Of a stretch of 64,000 bases of DNA, positions 35,894 through 43,810 are shown in pieces. The position numbers and the translations under genes were made by a program. The DNA comes from Schmidtea polychroa. Its lineage: Eukaryota. The notes under the pieces were generated by a model, which ran no database searches, was not told the origin of the DNA, and saw only the letters and a program-made list of their open reading frames with translations. Location of the stretch: NCBI GenBank assembly GCA_044892525.1, contig CM097885.1, positions 39,494,001 to 39,558,000 on the forward strand. The letters run 5' to 3'. Every line of letters starts with the position of its first letter. The first letter of the stretch is position 1.

Positions 35894-37480
35894 CTAACCT
35901 TGATACCTTTCCAATTTGGCTTCATAACTTTCTATTACGACCACTCCACTAACTAGTTGTCCGTTCAGGGTGTATGTTCCTGTCTCACATGTTCCGTCTC
36001 CTTTAGTGATTCTGCCTGCTGTATACCCTCGAGTCGTTTTTATTTTTCCTGGTTCTGCAGCAATTTCAATCCCTTGCCTTAAGTGGATTCTCCCCGATCG
36101 GAATCCTTCCTCGCATTCCTCTCTTGATAGTAATATTACCGTCGATTCCAATCCCGGTTCTATGATTGTTGAGTGGGAGGATGAACCGCAGTGATGTGCA
36201 AATATCTTTCTGGTTACCGTACATTCTTGGACCATGGTTTTGATGAAATCTGCTTCTTGATATACGTTGTACGAGACTGATGCCATGACTGTTTGTAATT
36301 TTCTTGGGTTTGCCGCTTTACAGTCTTCCGTATCCTTTAATGAATATTTCTCATGGATTTTTATGTTGTCGCAGTCGTATACTGCAAATGACTCTGTTCC
36401 CTTGATACACATCATCCATATCAATATCGTGGTTATTATGGCATTCATTCCTTTTCGGCTTGCTCTTGGGTCGTTCATATTGATTGTCCCTTCGAATTCA
36501 GTTAGCAAATCGCGTAACTTTGCTTGCATCATTTCCGTTTGATCTTTCTTCCCAGTTGATTTGATGAAGCTTCTCCATCCCCCTTGTTCGAGTATATATG
36601 GTTCTTTTGATCGTTTGATTATTTCTGTTACTGTGAATTCATAACTAGTTGCGTTATATTTTGGCATTAGTTTTTTATATTGACCAATGACGTTATACAC
36701 CAAATATGCTAATCCCACTAAATATCGATTTTGGTCCTCTGATCTGCTTAATAGATGTTCCACAATTAATCTGAGTTCCATCGGATCCTTTAACGTTAAT
36801 CGAATTTTATTATCCATGATTTTCATTATTATCGGTTTCAATACCGCCCATAATTGTTTGGCTTCGGTTGGAATATTATCCTTCCTCATTATTCTTTTCA
36901 CATCTGGATTTGCTAACGCTAACATGTTAGCTAATAAGTCGTTTATCCATCGTGTCCCTTGTTCCCGGACGTTTGTTTTCACTTTGACTTGTTTTACTAA
37001 TGCACTTAGTTTATCCATTTTAGTTTTTACCTGTTCCATTTGCGCCTGAATTTTGGATTTTGGTTCCACTTCTGCTTTATCTGTTTTTGGTCTTCCTCTT
37101 GTTCGTCGATCCATAGCTGTTCCGGTTTCTTTCCGTTTTGGCGGATTGTAAGTTGTATCTTTTGACGTGGTCGCTCCTGGATCTACTCTCCAGTTGCTCC
37201 ATTCATCGGTTGTGGTTACATCTTTATCGACACCTCTTTCCACATTATCTAAATCCGTCTCGGCTTCTGTCGTTTCCACTGGTTGTCTTTGCGCGCATAC
37301 AAATCCATCTAGATCATCAGTTGTCGGTTCACCTTCGTCGATAAATAGATCTCCTGATTGCGATGCTCTCATAATCTCGCCAGCTTCTACTATCTCTTGT
37401 AATTCATCCAGTATTTCGTCTTCTCCCGTTGTTTTGATCGTTACTTCACTAACCGCATTTGGGACTTCTGGTGTGTCCAA
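35894..37480 (-). CDS. Acidic/Thr region + Bcl-2-like domain + internal signal peptide + N-terminal third of the chuvirus-like glycoprotein
   Basis: YILEQGGWRSFI is BH2-like. MNAIITTILIWMMCIKGTES|FAVYDC is a signal peptide followed by the YDC start typical of chuviral G; then C..HHCGSSSH, LSREECEE, GRITKGDGTCE. In frame with 33557-35872 across one TAG (QG*FDPDTQAMKKY). Confidence 0.8.
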   Translation of the reverse strand: MDTPEVPNAVSEVTIKTTGEDEILDELQEIVEAGEIMRASQSGDLFIDEGEPTTDDLDGFVCAQRQPVETTEAETDLDNVERGVDKDVTTTDEWSNWRVDPGATTSKDTTYNPPKRKETGTAMDRRTRGRPKTDKAEVEPKSKIQAQMEQVKTKMDKLSALVKQVKVKTNVREQGTRWINDLLANMLALANPDVKRIMRKDNIPTEAKQLWAVLKPIIMKIMDNKIRLTLKDPMELRLIVEHLLSRSEDQNRYLVGLAYLVYNVIGQYKKLMPKYNATSYEFTVTEIIKRSKEPYILEQGGWRSFIKSTGKKDQTEMMQAKLRDLLTEFEGTINMNDPRASRKGMNAIITTILIWMMCIKGTESFAVYDCDNIKIHEKYSLKDTEDCKAANPRKLQTVMASVSYNVYQEADFIKTMVQECTVTRKIFAHHCGSSSHSTIIEPGLESTVILLSREECEEGFRSGRIHLRQGIEIAAEPGKIKTTRGYTAGRITKGDGTCETGTYTLNGQLVSGVVVIESYEAKLERYQG

Positions 37481-37534
37481 ACTTCCTGGTTGTTGGTGGA
37501 TGATTTTTGCTTTATCTCTCTTCTCCTTAATTCT

Positions 37535-38164
37535 CTACCTGCAATTTCTCACCGTTAATCTGTTCACAATTTCTCCTTGAAGTGGTGTCACACCAATTTC
37601 AATATCATCGTCTAATGATCGTCCCTCGTGTTGTAAGTGAAACGGAAGTTCATAAGGTATTCTCTTTTTAACTTCCCTGACCTTGGCTGTTGTGTAGAAT
37701 TCCTTTTCCATTGGTTCAAAATCTGGTAAGAATATATTTAGTTGATATTTCTCGGGTGAGTTTTCGGCCCACTCCTGTTGTTTCCATTTCCGGATGATTT
37801 CACCAAATTGCTCTGGGTACCATACGTATACTCGTCGATATTCCTCAATTGCTTTAACGATTTTTCGTAGGTTTTGAATCCTTTTGCATGATTCGGCTAT
37901 CCATTTTGCTAGTTCTACTACCGCTCGTCGACGATTTTTCGCACCGTTTTGTAATATTTCTATCAACTCCTTACACTTTTGTGCTTCCATCAATGTTGCT
38001 GCTTCCTCCTCATCTGCGTCGGCGTCTATTGGTAGATGTCCTGAATCTGGTACTCTTCTCCTCATCATACAGATTCTCGGTTGATTTTTCGGTATGTTCA
38101 ATCGTTGGTTCATTTCTTTTTCCATTTCCACCTCTACTCTGATCTGGATGGCATTGCCTTTCAC
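37535..38164 (-). CDS. Last strand of the MATH domain plus an unknown helical domain (polyprotein segment)
   Basis: Begins VKGNAIQIRVEVE, the expected terminal TRAF/MATH strand. Same frame as 35894-37480, separated by one TAG (NCR*RIKEKR). Confidence 0.7.
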   Translation of the reverse strand: MKGNAIQIRVEVEMEKEMNQRLNIPKNQPRICMMRRRVPDSGHLPIDADADEEEAATLMEAQKCKELIEILQNGAKNRRRAVVELAKWIAESCKRIQNLRKIVKAIEEYRRVYVWYPEQFGEIIRKWKQQEWAENSPEKYQLNIFLPDFEPMEKEFYTTAKVREVKKRIPYELPFHLQHEGRSLDDDIEIGVTPLQGEIVNRLTVRNCR

Positions 38165-39795
38165 AAATATCGACTGTTCGTTCTCGATGTAATTTGACGT
38201 ATCAATTTAGACGTCCCAGAAGCGATATTTTCTAATGTCGTCGGTCGTTGATAGCAGGCGCTCCTTGGATCTGGTTTCAATGTTTCTTTATGTACGTTAA
38301 GGCTATATTTCAGTGGTTCGATCGCTATCGTTACTTTTCTGCTAAACGGCCATGGTACCTTGTCGTCATAACTTCCTTTGCAGATGATGAAGAATGCCGA
38401 CACATAACTTCTTTTTCCTACTCCGTCTCCGTTCGGGTATATTCGCAATTTCATCTTGTACTCACCTAATCCTGAGTAAAACGGTGGACTTACTAATCGT
38501 GTGATTTTTTCTTCCTTTCCTGATTTTATCTTTTCCATCCAATTCTCAATTTTCCACGTGAATGGTGCTAACCTTACCGGTTCTCGTATCTCCTCATCTT
38601 CTCCTAATTGTAATTCATTTTGGAATTCTTGTGGTAATATATCCTGGTAAGTATCGATTGGTTTCTCTCTTACCCATACTGCTGCGATCTCTTCGGGTAT
38701 ATTATCTATCCAATTTGGTTCCAACTTTTGCTGCTCCCAATCCCATCGAGCTTCACTTTCGATCCACACCTTTTTCCATGGTATCAGTTTGCAATCTTCG
38801 TCATTGAAGGCTGCTAGTTTTAGTTTATCATCCTTTAGCCAATGGTTATAAATATCTATTATTCGATCCATCTTTGCTCTCATTCCCCATTGGAATCTCT
38901 TGATTTGTTGATCAGTTTTGGTGACGTTTTTGTGTCCGCCAGATGGTTCATCCATCGCGATTATATTAATGACGGCTCCATCTTCCCAGATTCCTAGTTC
39001 GTAAATTACAGTTCGGTCTCCTCTTTCTAGCATGTGTCGGTTGTACATTATTATCACATCTTCGATCATTTCATCCTCACTATTTTCTCGAGCTTTTTGG
39101 ATAATCTCCTGATCTATGATTTGTACTAACTCGTCAACTTGGCAATCGGGATTGACTTCTATTATCTGTTTCTCTTCATTTGGCAACTTCACCTTTATTT
39201 TTATCGTTTCTTGTTCGCATTTGGTTCTCTCGTATTCTCCGTATTTTGATATTAATTCTGTTGCTCGTTTATCTTCAAATCTCATAATTTCCGTGTCTCG
39301 TACGTCTTTGACAAATTGTTTCATTAGTTGTGGCCATCTTTCTCTTAGTCTATTAATATATTTCCTTGCCTGATCGATAGCTTGTTTGACCAAGGTTATT
39401 TGGTTTTCTTTCATTATTTTTCGTTCGATCTTTTCCAATTCCGGTTCCACTTCATTGTTAAACACTTGTTGGATTTTCTTGAACATTTCTGTCACTGATT
39501 CGTCATCTCTGGTTTTCTCTAAGGTTAAGGTGTTAGTTTCGTTTGGCCATATCATCGCATCCACCAAATGTATGCCCGTTTTAACTTTGTAACCATCGAC
39601 ATATAATTGTTTATTTTTATGGCTCGTTCCCATCTTTTCCTGTACCCAGTTGTACAGTTCATCAGTATTTGTTCCTTTTAATTCAATGGCCCGTATCTGA
39701 ATCTCGGGGTGTTGAATACTTACTTGGTATTGATCTGGGTCTGCGTCCTTTAGTTTCTCTTTATATTTTGTTGCTAGATCTTTCCATGCTGCCAC
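38161..39795 (-). CDS. Two ubiquitin-like domains plus a TRAF-type MATH domain (polyprotein segment)
   Basis: Ubl1 (~39729-39517) QEKMG..KQLYVDG..GIHLVD aligns with ubiquitin QDKEG..QRLIFAG..GRTLSD. Ubl2 (~39204-38956) IKIKVKLPNEEKQIIEVNPDCQVDEL. MATH: FTWKIENW...SPPFYSG..EYKMKLRIYPNGDG...VSAFFIICKGSYDDKVPWPFSRKVTI. Confidence 0.85.
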   Translation of the reverse strand: MAAWKDLATKYKEKLKDADPDQYQVSIQHPEIQIRAIELKGTNTDELYNWVQEKMGTSHKNKQLYVDGYKVKTGIHLVDAMIWPNETNTLTLEKTRDDESVTEMFKKIQQVFNNEVEPELEKIERKIMKENQITLVKQAIDQARKYINRLRERWPQLMKQFVKDVRDTEIMRFEDKRATELISKYGEYERTKCEQETIKIKVKLPNEEKQIIEVNPDCQVDELVQIIDQEIIQKARENSEDEMIEDVIIMYNRHMLERGDRTVIYELGIWEDGAVINIIAMDEPSGGHKNVTKTDQQIKRFQWGMRAKMDRIIDIYNHWLKDDKLKLAAFNDEDCKLIPWKKVWIESEARWDWEQQKLEPNWIDNIPEEIAAVWVREKPIDTYQDILPQEFQNELQLGEDEEIREPVRLAPFTWKIENWMEKIKSGKEEKITRLVSPPFYSGLGEYKMKLRIYPNGDGVGKRSYVSAFFIICKGSYDDKVPWPFSRKVTIAIEPLKYSLNVHKETLKPDPRSACYQRPTTLENIASGTSKLIRQITSRTNSRYL

Positions 39796-40241
39796 TCATT
39801 TTTCCTGAACCAATGTTCTTTCACTTTTTCTTTTATTTGTTCCTCAGTTAATGTAGGGTTTTTGTTTTTGATTCTATCTTCGATTTTTTGTAGTAGTACC
39901 CTCTGAATTTGATTTTTTGTAACTATCTCATTGCTTTTTGGTTCGTCTTTGCTCTCATCCCTTTTTTGTCTCCTTTCTTTTTCCTCTTTGGTAAATTCTT
40001 TAATCAATTGTATTTTCTCTTCACTGCTCAATTCTGTCTGTGGATCAATCTCATTTTCTTTTGTCATTTTTATCTCCTCGTTTATTATCGGATCACTCCC
40101 TTCGTTGTTAACACACTGCTCCGCAGTGTGCGATTCCTCTTTATTTGTTAATCTCATCATATTTATTCTTCCGGGATTCGCTTCCGTTGTTTCCATCTTT
40201 CTTGAATTTCTCTGGCTTCCTCGTTTTATAATCTTTGCCAA
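39774..40241 (-). CDS. Charged coiled-coil segment between gag and the Ubl region
   Basis: 155-aa E/K-rich ORF overlapping both neighbours in the -1 frame. Contains GRINMMRL. Confidence 0.55.
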   Translation of the reverse strand: MAKIIKRGSQRNSRKMETTEANPGRINMMRLTNKEESHTAEQCVNNEGSDPIINEEIKMTKENEIDPQTELSSEEKIQLIKEFTKEEKERRQKRDESKDEPKSNEIVTKNQIQRVLLQKIEDRIKNKNPTLTEEQIKEKVKEHWFRKNEWQHGKI

Positions 40242-41431
40242 TCGATTCGTTGTTGGTCTTGTTGTTGCTTACTCGGTTGTTTCCGGATTTCCTCGGTGCT
40301 CTGCATCATATTGTTTCGTTGCTGTTGATTATTAACCGGTATTTGTTGGATCATATCTTTTAATTGTTCGATTTCCTGCATGAGGTTAATTTGTGTGTTC
40401 TGACTTGGATTGTTTGATCCTGGTTGATTTGGTTTGGTTCTCATCGTGCATTCTCTTGCCATGTGTCCAGGTTGATTACAATTGTAGCAGGTTCTGGTTC
40501 CTCCTCTGCCCATAGACATCATGGGTCCTCTGCAGACATTCTCCGTGTGGCCTCTTCTCCCACATTTTTGACACATCCTTGCTTTATAACATTCATTGCT
40601 CCAATGCCCTGATCGTTGGCATATGTTGCACGTCCGATTGTTAATGTCGTTGTTCCTGAAATTATTAGTAAAATTTTGAATATTACCTCCATTGTCTTGG
40701 TTTCTTGTTTGTGGAGTTTTGAACAACTGTTTCGATCCTGGGATGAATTGATTCATTACTGGATTCGCATTATTGACTTGATTGTTTGTGGTTGTTGATG
40801 TTGTTGCTGGAGCTGCTGGAGCTGCTGTCATTGCTGCTACTTGTATTGGTGTTAGGTAAGTTTCACATTTGTTAGCTATTTTTAGTGCTTCTTCCAGCGT
40901 CTCTGGTGCTCGACATCCCAAGGTTGCTCGTATATCCTCTCGTTTCATGCCATCTACGAATACGGCTATTATTCTGTCTTCCGGAACTGGTTGATTTGAA
41001 TCGAAGGCTTCTCTTGCTAGTCGTCTCAATTCGCATGCGTACAGTGCGTTGGATTCGTTATATTTCTGCTTTCGATGCAGAAAGTCTAACATTTTTCGAT
41101 TTCCTTCTTTCTCGATACCGAATGTTTTTATTAAAAACTCCTTGATCTCTTTCCACGTTCTCAACTTTGTTGCATCGCATTTTGCCTCTAAATATACATC
41201 TTGGGCGCTTCCCTTTAGATATAGGGGTATTCGTTCTCGTACGACTATGTCTGGCCAGTGACATATCGTAATGTATACTTCAAATTCTTTTATAAACGTT
41301 TCTAGCTGGTTTATATTTCCATCGAATGGCTCTCCTCGAAATTACTCTCTGAATTCTCCAATGTTGACGTGCACATTACTTGTTTCCGGTGGATCCGTTA
41401 CCCCTGTTCCATTTGGAGTCCCGTCTGCCAT
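40226..41431 (-). pseudogene. Gag of the giant element (capsid + three CCHC knuckles), one in-frame TAA at 41342-41344
   Basis: MADGTP...GEFRE*FRGEPFDGNINQLETFIKEF...RIPLYLKGSAQDVY...RTWKEIKEFL is continuous in frame. Knuckles CNICQRSGHWSNEC, CQKCGRRGHTENVC and CYNCNQPGHMAREC. The frame stays open further upstream toward 41842. Confidence 0.9.
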
Positions 41432-43139
41432 TATTTCTTGACACAAGATTCTTATATTGGTTGATTCTGAACTATTTCCTTCCTCGTCTGTTGATTCGGT
41501 GTCGCTTATCGGATCTAGTTCGGGTCGTTTGAAATCGTCGCTGTTCTCAAATTCGTTAGTTAAACTGTCCGATTCAAATACTGTTTCTACTGATGCTGGT
41601 TTCTTGTGTAGTTTTCTGTTTTTCTTGGCTCTTTGTATCCCTTCCCTGACCCCACCGATGTATATGGTACCAGATGTACCGGGTCCGGAGACGGGTGATC
41701 GTCTGCTGGTCAGTACCCTCGTCACTGCTAGAGCTAGATTGCGACATGTCTGTAATATAAATATTAGGACCCGTGTATAGCCCGTGTGGCTTATAAATTT
41801 AAAGTACGATAAAATATACAACATTTTACCCAAATAGTGCATTAATCACCAAAGTTATTAATATATATATATATATTCAACAATTAATCACCAAAGTTAT
41901 CCCAATCAATGCCTTTACATTTAATAATTAACCATCAAAGCTATCATAATTAATATATATACATTTAACCTGAAATTTTCGATTTAATTTATTGGATATC
42001 CTGTTAACTAACTAATTGGAAGAAAAATTTTGTCATCCTTTTAATTAATCAAATGAAAGAAAAAATTTTTTCAATGTTGAGTATTAATACTAGAAAGTTT
42101 ATGCCCCGAGCGATAATTCTCCAAAAGTCACTTTGTTTTAAATCATTATTTTATTCACCAAAAGTTATTTACCACTAGTTGGTAATTTAAAAATTCTTAT
42201 GTCAATTCTTTGCCATTTTCTGGAAATTATCGAATTACTACTGAATTCAGGCACGCCGGGGTGATGGGTATTAGCGACGAGCTTAGTTTCTCGTTTGCTT
42301 ACCTCTCCCTTGGTTGTGTTCGTCATGAGTGGTACAGTCGACTTTCATGCATTTGAGGTAATTCATTTATTTACCGTAAATTTTGATTCCCAGGAATGTT
42401 GGATGATAACTTTTCCTGGTTGGAGATGGATGAGCCTAGTTTTGGGAGATCATCCTACGATTCATAATTTTTGATTCTTAGTGGCTTGGTAATATGATTT
42501 GTTGTTCATAATAAAAGAAAAATCTTATGTTTTTATTAATAGTAATTTAATCTTCTAATAAACGAAGTTATATATTTGCCATTCATTCAGGATTTAAAGG
42601 GGGTAGTTTATATGTTGGATCAGGTACTCTCACCCATATCCTCAGCTAACCTAGATGGTGTTAACATTTTCTAGGGGGAGGGGTGTTGCTTAAAATAACT
42701 TTCTAGTATTTCAGACATTCCTATTAGTTCAAAAAGGTTGATTCCAAATTTAACTCCGGGGGGGAAATCCTAAATCAATATTTGATTTAGATTTTTATTT
42801 TTGTGACCTACAACTTATGAATAGGGACAATGATAGTATTAGCNNNNNNNNNNNNNNNNNNNNNNNNNNNNNNNNNNNNNNNNNNNNNNNNNNNNNNNNN
42901 NNNNNNNNNNNNNNNNNNNNNNNNNNNNNNNNNNNNNNNNNNNNNNNNNNNNNNNNNNNNNNNNNNNNNNNNNNNNNNNNNNNNNNNNNNNNNNNNNNNN
43001 NNNNNNNNNNNNNNNNNNNNNNNNNNNNNNNNNNNNNNNNNNNNNNNNNNNNNNNNNNNNNNNNNNNNNNNNNNNNNNNNNNNNNNNNNNNNNNNNNNNN
43101 NNNNNNNNNNNNNNNNNNTATCAATTATAATATTGATAG

Positions 43140-43190
43140 TGATAATAATAATAATAATAATAATAATAAGAAGAAGAAGAAGAATAAAGA
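43140..43190. repeat. (AAT)n-(AAG)n microsatellite
   Basis: GATAATAATAATAATAATAATAATAATAAGAAGAAGAAGAAGAAT. Confidence 0.9.
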
Positions 43191-43489
43191 TGATACTGAT
43201 ACTAATAATAATAATGGTGACGATTTAGAATGATAACTGGAAATATAATCACTCTCAATTGATACTCTATAATTTTAACAAAACTAATTTACATTTCTAA
43301 TTTTAACGTCGACTGCTTCGATGTAAGCTATGGTAGCTACTTGTACTTTATATCTTCATGGTCAAATTTTGATTATAGCTAATTATAATTCATTTCTACA
43401 TTTATACTTTGTAGTTATACCTAGGTACAAATTATATTTTATAATACGACTTTACCTCAAATTATTCGTATTCCCTACTCTTATAGTTA

Positions 43490-43810
43490 GAACTTATAAT
43501 TATTTATAATTTATATTCCTAAATATTTTATATATAACTAATTATAATTTATAACTTTATATTTTATAATTGCCAATTTTACATTTTATAATTTATAGTT
43601 TTTAATTTTTTTCAATTTATAAGTTTATATTCTATAATTTTTAATTTTATATTTTATAATTTTATGTTTTTCAATTTATGAGTTTGTACTTTGAAATTTT
43701 ACGTTTTCTATTTACAATTTCGTAGTTTGTAATCTATAAATTTATATTTTATAATCCGTAATTTTATGCTTTATAAAGAGTAATTCTAGGTTCTACAATT
43801 TATCATTTTA
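43490..43810. repeat. Degenerate TTTATAATTT-type low-complexity tandem repeat
   Basis: Repeated TTTATAATTT / TTTTATATTTT motifs. Confidence 0.6.

Larger units (their letters stand above)
20245..41850 (-). mobile_element. Giant Ty3/Gypsy-type LTR retroelement (endogenous-virus-like) with internal env and accessory genes; 3' end truncated, 5' limit uncertain (possibly 45710)
   Basis: All long ORFs are on the minus strand. CCHC gag, DTG protease, YIDD RT, RNaseH (ATDAS..A.GAVL), HHCC zinc finger + DDE integrase with GPY motif, in Gypsy order PR-RT-RH-INT. Base composition is visibly more GC-rich than the flanking array. Confidence 0.93.

Noticed and set aside
38040-38056. DSG triad (RVPDSGHLP) as a second protease after gag
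   Set aside because: Lacks the hydrophobic-hydrophobic-D-[ST]-G-A context and the downstream IIG motif.
38161-38164. GTGA stop/start overlap suggesting prokaryote-like translational coupling
   Set aside because: The MATH domain continues across the junction, so it is a 1-nt frameshift within one protein.
21500-41344. Alternative genetic code with TAA/TAG reassigned
   Set aside because: Host eIF4B and CsRn1 ORFs end normally at TAA, kilobase stretches lack in-frame TAA/TAG, and one internal stop is TGA.
42666-42700. AGGGGGAGGG|TGTTG as the PPT and LTR start of a plus-strand element
   Set aside because: No matching LTR or plus-strand pol nearby, and a gap follows; cannot be supported.
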